Assembly (NCBI GenBank): GCA_965649765.1
Contig: OZ287752.1
Coordinates: forward strand, 17,360,001-17,424,000
Length of the DNA: 64,000 nt
Direction: 5' to 3'
From: Bispira polyomma
Taxonomy: Eukaryota
Shown here: piece after piece, positions 1 to 11,107 of the stretch
Numbering within the stretch: position 1 is the first letter of the stretch
How the letters are laid out: the number at the start of each line of letters is the position of its first letter
Notes under the pieces: model-generated
Seen by the model: only the letters and a program-made list of their open reading frames with translations
Databases searched by the model: none
What the model was told of the DNA's origin: nothing
Translations under genes and position numbers: made by a program

Positions 1-805
1 AGTATTGTGAAAGTGAATATAGAACGTATAAATAGTGTACAGATGCTAACTTTCCACATACACACCAGGGCTAAAATTTGGTATGTACAGGTGTGAGATT
101 GCAAAGGGGTGGACTGTGAACAATGGGAGTTACAAAGGCCTAAAATATTGTAAAGTTGTTGTTTTTTGTAAAATTAGTGTAATATCACCAGTGCATAGAG
201 TAATATTAAGTTACACATATAAACATAGCATTGCAATGTTCATTCAGCAGAACTTTCTTTGTAATGCACGATATTTATACTATATACATGCATTGCTATT
301 TTATTTTGTTTTTATTTTGTCAATAATATGGTATATATTCCACATATCATTGATATAGTAAATCACATTGACATTTGTCAGAAATAAGTTGATATATGAT
401 ATAGTCACCTGTAAAATGCTGAATACTGTTAACATGTTGGCAAGTACATCTACACTCTTTATCTTTTTAACAATTTTTAAATGTATCATCAAAGCCAACA
501 TTTTGGCAGCGTTTGACATTCTCTTCAAGTCAAATAAAATGTTTATGTTAAAATGAATAATTTATTTTGCATGGAGTTCTTTAAGCTAAACATCAATATT
601 ACGGAAAATGGAATTACAAATTTTGTTGTATGTAAAAGTTGTGATATTGGAAACATGGAAAGTTGTTCAAGGTGCCATTTTACATCACATACAATTCCTG
701 TTAATCACGTATTAGTGATATTAATCTATGTACTTTGTCTCTAAGTTAAGAGAGGTTATGTTAAATCTAGATTGCTTTGATGGAATTGCTTGTCTTCTGA
801 TTTAG

Positions 806-1114
806 TTTCTCCAGTAGATGTGAGTTCATCAATACAGAAGATCACATATACAGAAATAAATAAAAAGGCTTTGCTAAACTGTACAGTGAGGGCTTATCCA
901 GCAGTCACGTCTGATTATGTGGATGTCAGGTTTAAAGGTTCTAAAATACCTGCTAACAGTATACAGGTGGAAGCGGTGGAGGATAATTTGGATGAGACTC
1001 TGATAGAACTGACCTTTGACCCTGTAACAGTTGAGGACTTTGGTCTGTATCAAGTTGTACTGAATAATGGCGTAGGAGATGAAGTGGTGATTGAACTGAA
1101 CTTGAGTGAACCAG
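806..1114 (+). CDS. Gene A exon: membrane-proximal Ig-like domain
   Basis: tttag| acceptor; LLNCTVRAYP...EDFGLYQVVLNNGVG; paralog of 24112-24420. Confidence 0.85.
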
Positions 1115-4100
1115 GCTAGTAATTATTTGTGATTCATTTTAAGATAGAGAAAATGTTATATATTACTTTAACAAATATAACTTCATAATGCTTTATATTG
1201 TTTTAAACAATACTTTTAAGAAGACTTGGGTATCTAGTTATCCTTGCATCGCCTTAGTTATGACCGTTTACAGTGCATGTGTTATTTGATTTATGTAGTA
1301 TACTTTCATATTAGTAAATACAGTACATTAATTAAGCACCTGAATATTTTACCCCCCCCCCCCCCCCAAAAAAAAAAAAAAAAAAAAACAAAAAAAAAAA
1401 AAAAAAAAAAAAAAAAACAAACATACTTTCTGTTTTAGTCAAAATAACTTTGAAGAGCATCTTTTAATATCCATTGTCTTTTAATATGAACTTTAAACAT
1501 TATTTCGTGGATCAGGATAATGTTTTATTCACTTTGTAGCCATGACATTGAAATTAAGGATATTTCCACATCTAGATCTCAGTAAACACTTGCTCAAAGT
1601 TTTCACTTTCACTTCAGATATTCATGAAGGGTCATGAATTTAAATGTTGATAGGGTTATATTTTGCTTATGTTTTCTCTAACAGGGCATAGCTTTCACAC
1701 TTTTACTAACACTCATAAATAGTTACGAACTTTCCACTTTTGATTAACTAATACAATGTACATGTTAATGACTTTCAGGTGTACCTGAAGCACCACATTC
1801 TTTAATATTTGGGTCAGTAACTGCCATATCAGTGACCCTCTCTTGGATTCCTGGTCGGAGCCGTGGTGCAGATCAAACATTTACAGTGTATTACAGGCAT
1901 CATGGAGACACTAAAATACTGTATTATGATGAAACACAAACCAATGCAAATGGCAAAAGAACTATGTACAAAGTGTCTAGTTTATTACCTGATACAGAGT
2001 ATTTCTTTAGGGTTAAATCACAAAACCTATATGGGAAAAGTCATCACTCACCAGAGATATCAGTTACAAGTCTAGGTACCAGCATTTTTTTAATTGTACC
2101 AACGTTATTATTGTAATATCTGTGTATATCAGCGCATTAAACACTCAGGCTTCCAGGGTTTCCCCTTTAACTCAACTATTAGTGTACTGGACTATTAATC
2201 TTGAACATCCAAAGAGCCCCGTTTCGAATACCAGCCACAGTTAGTTATTTCTGTTGTTTATATGGTGGAAATCAGTGGAAAAGATCCCTCCCTCTCATAA
2301 GCCAAGCAAGTTAGTTAAATTATTGAAGAATTTTTGTAAGACCTGAGGACAGGTCTTTGTGAAGGAGTGGCATGTAATATCCGTGTATATCAGCGCATTA
2401 CACACTCAGCCTACCAGGGTTTCCCCTTTAGCTCAACTGTCAGTGTACTGGACTATTAATTTTGAACATCCAAAGAGCCCTGACTCGAATCCCAGCCATG
2501 GCTAGTAATTTATGTCGTTTACATTATTCAAAATGTGTGCTTTTATGTTTAGGATGTATAATTTAGACATCAAGACCCTAAAGGAGTCTGATACTTCAGT
2601 TGACCCCACACACTATATTACAAACTACCTTAACTAAACCCCTGGCGAATGGATCGACTTATTTTGCTCTGTCCATCCAACCATACACGCAGCCAGTTCT
2701 TTGTCTTAAGCAACAATACATTTTCCCTCCAAAAGCTCTCCATTAAGCTTCTTGATACTGAAGCATACACATGTTAATTTGGAAATTTGAGAAAAGGAAT
2801 TAAGAAACTTATTCATCTTATGTTTCTTATTTTTATTTACAATTATTTTATGTTTTAGTGTGAATTATTTTATGTGGCGAGGAACAATTGGAATGTGCAT
2901 TTATGGATTTTACTTTGTTGATTTTAGTGTGTGTTATGGACGATAGCAGTGTTTAGTAATTAGTTGAGTGTATGCACGACATTAGTGCTTTTAGTGATTT
3001 AGTGAATCTGCACCTGGCAACGAAATGGGGAAACCAAAAAAGACACCTTCAGAGGAAGCTCGAGTAAAGACCAGGACATTTAAGAAAAGTACTGGACGTG
3101 TAAAATCTTCAAAGAAAAAGATCACGGAGGGGCAGGTAAACGACAGTTTATTAACAAATTTACGACTACCTCTGTACCCAGAGAATGCCGCGCAGTTTGC
3201 ATCCCCTCAGTTAGGCCAACAGATACCGACGACTACTGCGAGTCACACGCATCCCCTACAAAAGTCAGGGCGCTTTAACAGCACTGATATACCCACATCC
3301 GACCCTAAGCTTAGATGGGCCAACGAAGACTGGGTGGGCGGCACGGGACGAAAGCGTCCAACGTTCGACGAACTATCGTTACCACAGTGGGCAGCGGGCC
3401 AGCTGGCTAACGCCTTACAAGTGTCTGATCCGTCGACATCACGAGAAATGGTGCAACAGGTCATCCTGTCTTTAAGAGACCCTGCATATTTCCCATAGGA
3501 GGTGGTAAGAACTGCATGGCTACACAACATGCACGAGGTAGAAGAGGGCAGACTCCAATGGGCTGACAAAACGCAGTGGCCGCTTAACCGATTAAACGCC
3601 TCTCAGATGGCAATGGCCAACCTGGGTCATTCGAGTAACGTCCATGGCTCACATAATTCACAGTCAACAAGAACTATTTGCAAGCTCTTCAACACGGGAA
3701 AGTGTACTAACAAGTCAGACCATGGCCAGTACCGCCACATCTGCTGGCACTGTGCTACCGTCCTACACAAGGACTCCTTACATCCGGAATTTAAGTGTTA
3801 CAGGGCGAATTCGTCTAAACAGCAGGAGAATAAAAGCAACAATAGTTAGGACAGTAACCAACGACTAGCTGAACGCACATTGGGGAAGTACTGTAGGTAA
3901 CTGAGCGTGATTAATCACAATATAGCTACGAGTCATAATTATTTCATCCCTACTTATAGTTATGTCAATACTAGTACTGATAAAGAATTTCAAGTGCTCT
4001 GCCAGAGTGAAGGCAGCACGTGCAATATTAATGATAATAAAGGGGTCAATTTTAGATCCCAACAAAATGACTTAAATTTGTTATATACTGAAGCTATCAT

Positions 4101-7100
4101 GGACACCAGTATAGGGTCCTCATATAATGATGTATATACGTGTAATGATAATGGACTAATGCAGTATGCTCCAGGGGAGACGTACACAGACATTAGGTCA
4201 CACTTATGTGAGGTAATTGTTCAAATTACCAATTGGTCACATTGCTTCTTTAACAACATTGAAACTTTACCTATCATTTATCTAAGGGCTGTCAAAGGTA
4301 ACTTTGCAGGTTTCTAACTTGCAGGGAGATCTTAGCCCCCATGAGGTTTTTGAAAATTATCAGAAAGACATGGCCTCAGTTAGGAGCCATGGATGTACTT
4401 ATACAGAATTTATAACTAATATTATTGACATGATCATAGACAATGATGACAATGATCAGTCAGGGTTGGCTGCTCAACCTGTGACTGTAGCTGAGCCAGT
4501 AAGCATGCAACAGGATAATGTCTTGTCGTCGTTCACCGACTTCTTCGGGAAAACCTCAGATTTTCAGTCAGAAGTTCTTAAGGGCCATAAGGACATTACA
4601 GACATAAACTTACCTGATAAGAATAGGGGTTTTCTCATGCTATCCAACTCAAATTTTATTTTTACAGGCCCGGATAGGGCTTCCATGTTGATCTCTTCTG
4701 TTGAACAAATGGCTTACATAGCCAGTATTATTAGGGACACAGATTGCCCCAACTATAAAGGAGCAAGAATTCCTTTAATTTCAGGCCTTAAGATTGAACA
4801 ATGGGAAATAATCTTAGCAGATCACCCAGATAAGTTACTTATACAATACTTAAAATTCGGCTTCCCTCTTTCCTTGAATGACCCGACTTCTCTCAAGGTT
4901 AAGGAGGCTAACAATCATTACTCAGCTCTACAGTTTAAGGCTGAAGTTAGTCACTATCTACAGAAAGAAAAAGTCAATGGCACCATGTTGGGGCCAGTAG
5001 AGAATATACATAGCGACTTGTACCACTGTTCGCCCCTCCTCACTTGTCCTAAAGACTTAAATAAACGTAGAGTTATATTGAACCTATCACACCCACAGGG
5101 TCAATCACTTAATGATAATGTTGATAAACTTCTATTTGACGGTATCCAATTTGCTTTAAAATTCCCTACCATAGACGATATAGTACAACAAATACGTATT
5201 ACCAGAAATCCGAGAATCTTTAAGTTGGATGTTTCTAGGGCGTTTAGAAATTTGCGCGTTGATCCGGTGGACGCTATGAAACTAGGGATATGTTTTGAAG
5301 GCGGTAAATACGTGGATCCAGCGGTCGCGTTCGGCTGGGTACACGGATCCGTGGCCTTTCGGCGTTGCTCAGACATAATTGCCTATGCCATGGAAAAAAT
5401 TGGTCATAAGGTATTTTGTTATATCGATGATTACGTAGGCATATTGGAGGAAAATACAGCAGACAAAGCTTTTCAAGATCTTCATGATTTAGTCGTGTCA
5501 CTGGGACTTCCCGTTAATGCTGACAAATTATCAGCTCCTGACACAAAAATTACTTGTCTAGGTATCGACATTGACTTAATTGCAGGTACAATTAGTATAA
5601 CCAAAGAAAAGATCGAGGAGACTCACCAGTTATGTACTGACATTTTTAAAAATCACTGGATATCTCGCAGCAAATTCCAATCATTGTTAGGTAAACTACT
5701 ATATATACACAAATGTGTTAAACCTGCTAGGGTTTTCATTAATAGACTTCTTATGGCATTCCGTGGTAAACCTCAGGCAAAACGATTCAAAGTTACTCGA
5801 GCTATGAAGGCAGACATTGCCTGGTTTATTACTTTTCTTAAGCGCTATAACGGAATAACTTACATAAATTCGAAAATTGATGTTGATATTAACACCGTAT
5901 ATATAGATGCCTGCTTAACAGGTATAGGGGGAATTTACAACCAACAGGTCTACGCTTCTCCAATATACAATGTATACAATAGGCCTCTCACCATTGTACA
6001 CATTGAAATGTTAAACATATTGATAGCTCTCAAAGTCTGGGGTGAACAGTGGAGACACAGCACTATTAACATACTTTGTGACAACATGGCAGTGGTACTA
6101 GTCGTTGGTACTAATAAGACTAAGGATGAGTTCTTAGCCCTACGTCTTAGGAATATATGGTTACTTACAGCAGAATTTGACATCACATTACAAATAGATC
6201 ACGTTAAGGGCAAGAATAATTGCATAGCAGATGCACTCTCTAGAATTTATTCTGAACACTTTTCAGTTAAGGAACAGAATGTCTTATCAAGAGAAGATTT
6301 TGTGTGGCAACAAATCCCACTTAATTTCTTTAATTTTGACATTTCTGTTTAATTTCAGGCTCCACTCAGGTTACACAGGAGCTTGTGGGCTCAGCATGGG
6401 AAAGAATTAACACAGCACTACGACCAAAGACCACAATTCTCCTTTTAAACCCTTACCAAAAGGAATCTTTGAAATTCAACACTTACTACTTATATCTAAA
6501 GCATGCAATTCCTTACAGGATCCAATACTGTACAGAGCCATCTTTCTGCTATCATTCTTTGGTTTCCTTAGAATTTCTAACATTGCTCCCCACTCCAGGG
6601 CACAATTTGATCACACCCGACACCTATTAAGGAAAGATATCATTTTTGGCCCTCCAGGAGCTCATGTCATCATCAAATGGTCCAAAAACTTACAAGCTAG
6701 GGGTGAGGTTCATATCATTCAACTTCCTCTACTAGAAAATAAAGAATTGTGTCCAGTGAGAGCTCTGGAAAACTTACTAACTTCAAGGGTTCTTCCAGAC
6801 ACTCATCCTTTATTTGAGTCTGGCACACTGCCACATGAACCCATAGTAGACACACACATTCGCTCTGCTCTAGCCTCTGTACTAGCATACGCTGGCATTC
6901 CACAAAAATCACACACTTTTCATACTTTCAGGCGCTCTGGAGCAACATTTGCTTTTAACAATAATGTCTCATTACAAAATATAATGTCCCATGGACTGTG
7001 GAGGTCGTCTGCTGTCTGGACTTACCTCCAGAAGACTTCAAAGGCAGCTTCCACAGTCCCCCTCACTTTTGCTTCCTCTATCCCTAAATTCCTTTAGTTT

Positions 7101-9415
7101 GGCTTGGGTATTTTAAAAATTATTTTATAACTTTTTAAAAGTATGTTTTAACCCACTATGATTTTGTAAATAGACTCTAACATGTATAGGAAATAAACTC
7201 TCTCAAACATTTAACTTATTACATCACTTCCAACCACATATAGTACCTCACTTCATATCCTGACCTTGACTTACCTTTACTTGGGCAAACTGTAGACATC
7301 AAGACCCTAAAGGGGTCTGATACTTCAGTTGACCCCACACACTATATTACAAACTACCTTAACTAAACCCCTGGCGAATAGATCGACTTATTTTGCTCTG
7401 TCCATCCAACCATACACACAGCCAGTTCTTTGTCTTAAGCAACAATACATTTTCCCTCCAAAAGCTCTCCATTAAGCTTCTTGATACTGAAGCATACACA
7501 CGTTAATATGCCCACCTCCTCCCCTTACCACAGCTAAATTAAGTTATTTGCCTTAGAGGCCGAGTGGGGGCTTGTTACAGTCTTCTTCAACCCACCCCTG
7601 AGCATCACGCCTAAGGAGCTAGGATTGAAAATGGGCTCTGAGAGGCTGGATCTACCCTTGCCAGGCGATGGATGCCATTGGCCTCCTGGGCCATGTTATA
7701 CAAATTGCAACCTTCTCATTCGCCCCTCGGGGTTGAGCAATCAATTTTGGCTAGTCTGTGATTTAGCATATAATTGCTGTTAAATTGACTATCAGTGACA
7801 CATATGGGTCCACTGCATTGATATAATTGATGATATACTGTATTAAGATACAGTGGTGGTTTACTGAATATTTGTTAAAAAGGTGTCTGCCTAGTTACGT
7901 TATTGTTGTATAGATAGATACTGTGATAATATTGTAACGGTAGGGGTATTTTAAAAATTATTTTATAACTTTTTAAAAGTATGTTTTAACCCACTATGAT
8001 TTTGTAAATAGACTCTAACATGTATAGGAAATAAACTCTCTCAAACATTTAACTTATTACATCACTTCCAACCACATATAGTACCTCACTTCATATCCTG
8101 ACCTTGACTTACCTTTACTTGGGCAAACTGAGAATGTGTTCTTCATAACCAGTCAATACGCTATATATTTAATGGTATAGATGTGCACCAATTGTTACTA
8201 AAGCAGGTTGAGTTGTTATATATAGGTAAATAAACCAGTATAAATGTATAAATTTGCCCTGTGGGTAACACACTCACATGCAGATAAATGCACTGAGTGT
8301 ACATTTGAATGTAATGATTTACAATTACTCATACCTCTATAGTTATGGTGTATATATTTTTTAAGGTCTACCATCGGTGAGAGGGATATTAGAAGCAAAA
8401 ATATATGAAGATATTGTGGTTTTGTATTGGGAACACATAGATGGAAACTACACAAGAGCTGATTTGCTGAAATGTTACAATGGACAGCAAAATTGCATTT
8501 CAATATACAATATTATTGATACAAGTGTTACAAGATACGCAGTGGATACTGTATATGATGGAGAGGAGTACTATCTTGTGATATATCAGGATACTGATGA
8601 AGTAACAGCTGAACAATTTACTATGACTCACAAAAGTAAGTTTGCCTATGAAAAGAAAAACAGGTCTGCCATATAGGATATAAAAACGTGTTCAATACGA
8701 AAGTACACAATTAATATTAAAATATTTAAAAAATAATTATATATTTGACACTTAACATATTAGAATTAATTGGATTTTAAGGTTTCTTTTTCAGCCCCTT
8801 GTGGAGATATTGTTCACGAGAAAGACACTGGACTAATAGCAGGCATAGCCATTACGTCTGCCATGGTTGGTTTACTTACAGCTTCACAAGTTATACTGAT
8901 TGTATTGTTTAGAAGGAGACAGAACCTAAATGGCGACAATACTAAATGGCCTTCAGTAAGTGAAAATAAGCATGAAATGATATTTAGCAGACTTGTGTCA
9001 CTGACAATGGAATATGTTCAATATGCAATGTGTGTTCTCTCTTTCACCAAGTTTTTTTTCAGTTGCATGCATGTTTGGTAAAATGTTTTTATTTAATTGT
9101 GACATGTACATATTTTTAGAATGAAGGTCCAACAACATATGAAAATGTATCACCTACACATGAAATCGGCAACTATGAGATGACAAAACCAGAAGAACCA
9201 ACACCACCTGCTATGTATACCGATTTGAAGGTATGGTCCCTGCATAATTGATACAACTGAATTAATCACAGCAAATATTATAACTGACTTAGCAAGGATT
9301 TTTTGCATTATTTCTAACTTAACTATTTATATCTATTCTCTTTTTGTTCAGATATTTGCTCTAAATAAGTACTATATTATTATTCCAGCAAGTGACATAT
9401 GAAACCATTAACTGA
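806..9415 (+). CDS. Gene A (5' part lies outside the window): IgSF/FN3 type I membrane receptor with ITSM/ITIM tail; exons 806-1114, 1779-2075, 8366-8635, 8795-8955, 9120-9230, 9389-9415
   Basis: Six exons with the same lengths (309/297/270/161/111/27 nt) and phases as the last six exons of gene B, and clear protein similarity. The first donor is GC (ccag|gctagt). Confidence 0.85.
1352..1420. repeat. poly-C/poly-A low-complexity tract
   Basis: Direct inspection. Confidence 0.9.
1779..2075 (+). CDS. Gene A exon: fibronectin type III domain
   Basis: VPEAPHSL...SVTLSWIPG...SLLPDTEYFFRVKSQN FN3 signature; tttcag| and |gtacc sites. Confidence 0.9.
2113..2524 (+). repeat. Two ~150-bp direct repeats (2113-2263, 2374-2524) with a degenerate tRNA-like core (SINE head or tRNA pseudogene)
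   Basis: A-box-like tagctcaactg and B-box-like ctcgaatccc/ttcgaatacc in both copies. Confidence 0.6.
3025..3849 (+). pseudogene. DIRS gag-like ORF with in-frame stop (TGG>TAG at 3496-3498)
   Basis: KSGRF...LRWANEDW...FDELSLPQW and a C-terminal Cys/His finger CKLFNTGKC...HICWHC; the homolog at 44786-46021 has W at the stop position. Confidence 0.85.
4304..6352 (+). CDS. DIRS reverse transcriptase / RNase H
   Basis: Uninterrupted 682-aa ORF; KLDVSRAFR, FGW, YIDD; RNase H motifs DAC..E..DN..ADALSR. Confidence 0.95.
   Translation: MQVSNLQGDLSPHEVFENYQKDMASVRSHGCTYTEFITNIIDMIIDNDDNDQSGLAAQPVTVAEPVSMQQDNVLSSFTDFFGKTSDFQSEVLKGHKDITDINLPDKNRGFLMLSNSNFIFTGPDRASMLISSVEQMAYIASIIRDTDCPNYKGARIPLISGLKIEQWEIILADHPDKLLIQYLKFGFPLSLNDPTSLKVKEANNHYSALQFKAEVSHYLQKEKVNGTMLGPVENIHSDLYHCSPLLTCPKDLNKRRVILNLSHPQGQSLNDNVDKLLFDGIQFALKFPTIDDIVQQIRITRNPRIFKLDVSRAFRNLRVDPVDAMKLGICFEGGKYVDPAVAFGWVHGSVAFRRCSDIIAYAMEKIGHKVFCYIDDYVGILEENTADKAFQDLHDLVVSLGLPVNADKLSAPDTKITCLGIDIDLIAGTISITKEKIEETHQLCTDIFKNHWISRSKFQSLLGKLLYIHKCVKPARVFINRLLMAFRGKPQAKRFKVTRAMKADIAWFITFLKRYNGITYINSKIDVDINTVYIDACLTGIGGIYNQQVYASPIYNVYNRPLTIVHIEMLNILIALKVWGEQWRHSTINILCDNMAVVLVVGTNKTKDEFLALRLRNIWLLTAEFDITLQIDHVKGKNNCIADALSRIYSEHFSVKEQNVLSREDFVWQQIPLNFFNFDISV
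6359..7097 (+). pseudogene. DIRS tyrosine recombinase with an internal deletion and frameshift near 6435
   Basis: FFGFLRISN, HTFRR and HGLWRSSAVWTY catalytic motifs; the N-terminal segment present in the 41269-41664 copy is missing. Confidence 0.9.
8366..8635 (+). CDS. Gene A exon: second FN3-like or juxtamembrane beta domain
   Basis: IVVLYW...YDGEEYYLVIY; paralog of 25838-26107; canonical splice sites. Confidence 0.85.
8795..8955 (+). CDS. Gene A exon: transmembrane helix
   Basis: GLIAGIAITSAMVGLLTASQVILIVLF followed by RRR. Confidence 0.9.
9120..9230 (+). CDS. Gene A cytoplasmic exon with three tyrosine motifs
   Basis: NEGPTTYENVSPTHEIGNYEMTKPEEPTPPAMYTDLK; tttttag| and |gtatgg; conserved in gene B. 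Confidence 0.85.
9389..9415 (+). CDS. Gene A terminal coding exon (QVTYETIN*, ITIM)
   Basis: ttccag| acceptor; 27 nt identical to gene B 26778-26804. Confidence 0.75.
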   Translation, partial: QVTYETIN

Positions 9416-11107
9416 AGAATTGCTGCATCAAACCTACAGATTGCATAAAGCACAACAGACACATATAATGCAAAGGTAGCAACTGTGTATATAAGCAGAC
9501 ATCAGAGACAGTTATGTGATAAAATAATGCATGAAAAAAAATGTGGATTGTGAAGACATATGAAAAAAATCATTTCAATACAATTTTCAATATAATACAA
9601 AACTTTATTTTAAAACATCCATTTGGGCAAGACATTGACAATTGTTAAAACACATACGTGAGAAGTACTGAAACATATTCCTTGTTAGTTAACACCTTTT
9701 TACAACAATATTTAGAATACTTAAGGTAACCTTAACTTGAGCTTGATGCTAAGTGTGTAATAACGTAAACTTAGGTAGCTATATTAAACCTGACCTAGAG
9801 GTTGACTAATGTCAACGCTCCTTTGATTGGAGGTTAGCTGACCCTAAGCTAAGTACCCAAAGGAATGTTAAGGGGGTAAAGTACTTTAGGATTCCTTACG
9901 CTGGATTTAACCTAACTTGCTGTCCACCTTAATTATTTAGCATTACACATATTCAAATACTGGATTTGTTATCCCTGTGTTGGGTGGCTTTGAAATGTTT
10001 GTGTAATAAAAGTGCCACAGTTTGATTTACATGTCAAATAAAATATTTAAAAACTACTTTTTAAAAAAATTTTAGGGGTGGAGGGTGGGACGAGACAAGC
10101 ACACAGCAAGCTAACTCCCAGAATGCATACATGTGGGCTATTATATAAGGCAGAAAACTCGCAGAAATTTCTCAGACAATTCACTTTAGCTAGTTTTCTC
10201 CACCCACTCGCCAGACAGTTCCATAATTAATACATTAACTCTGTTTAATATCGTGTGTTATTCCAGAACTTTTTGAATATTCTTATCTCATATGTACTGA
10301 CCTATATTGCTATGCATATATATTCACATGGATAACAATATACAAAGATATACTTTAATTTTCGGTAACGTAGAATCTACATACATTATTGTTTAATCTA
10401 AATATAAAATAATTTGATATTAACATCCCCTGATCATAGCTCCCAACCGTTCCGATCTAAGGATCGGTAACAACTCGGGGGTTTAATTGGGAGGATCAGG
10501 AGTTGCTCCGGCATTATGTTTAGCTATCGGGGGCGATCGGGCCACTTGCTCAGCTTGAAAACCTCTGCGATTGGATGATAAATGCCCGATAACTAGGGAC
10601 CAAGTGGGAGCAATTGGGAGCCTGCAATGACTTATCGTTAGGCACTAATGACCTATCTTTACAATCGTCCCGTCCAGAACCAAATCGGGAGCAATTTCAA
10701 AGAAAACCATTCTAAGTGATCACTCCATCCCTAATAATAGGTCTGGAGGCTACCGACTGATCGGTCCTGTCATGTGCTAAGAATAAGTCCTTGAAGTGTA
10801 AAGATAACTCGGGCGTGGCTTCGAATAGCTCGGGAACAAGCGGATGAGTGTAAGGATAAGTCTTGAACACGTAAGACAACTCAGGGCTGACAATGGGAAC
10901 GTATTTTTATTTGCTCACAAGTCAAATGGGGGGTCGAGAAACTTATAAAAGGATGCCGTGACAGTAATCTTCATCTCATTTAATTTTTAGCAGCGAAGAG
11001 TACACATCAGCAAATGGCAATTTTCATTGGATATATATTTAGGTCTTTTTTTCTGTGAGTTAGAAGTTTAAAGTTTTTATATTGTTAAGAGGGGAAGAAA
11101 GAGGAAG

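Larger units (their letters stand above)
2564..8130 (+). mobile_element. Tyrosine-recombinase retrotransposon (DIRS order, Ngaro/PAT-type with split direct repeats), full-length, inside an intron of gene A
   Basis: A1 2564-2778 matches A2 7293-7507 (215 bp); B1 7106-7292 matches B2 7944-8130 (187 bp); gag, RT/RNase H and YR ORFs lie between. Confidence 0.95.

Noticed and set aside
83-744. Short ORFs from the track here and in other AT-rich introns or antisense to real exons
   Set aside because: Low-complexity I/L/F/Y-rich translations typical of random AT-rich DNA, with no homology between paralogs at protein level
2113-2524. Functional tRNA genes
   Set aside because: A and B boxes and the acceptor stem are degenerate and the two copies differ at conserved positions
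3496-3498. Programmed stop read-through in gag
   Set aside because: The homologous position is Trp in elements 2, 3 and 4, so it is a simple TGG>TAG mutation
6359-7097. Phage integrase or bacterial contamination
   Set aside because: The YR lies within a gag-RT/RNase H element with split direct repeats inside a spliceosomal intron
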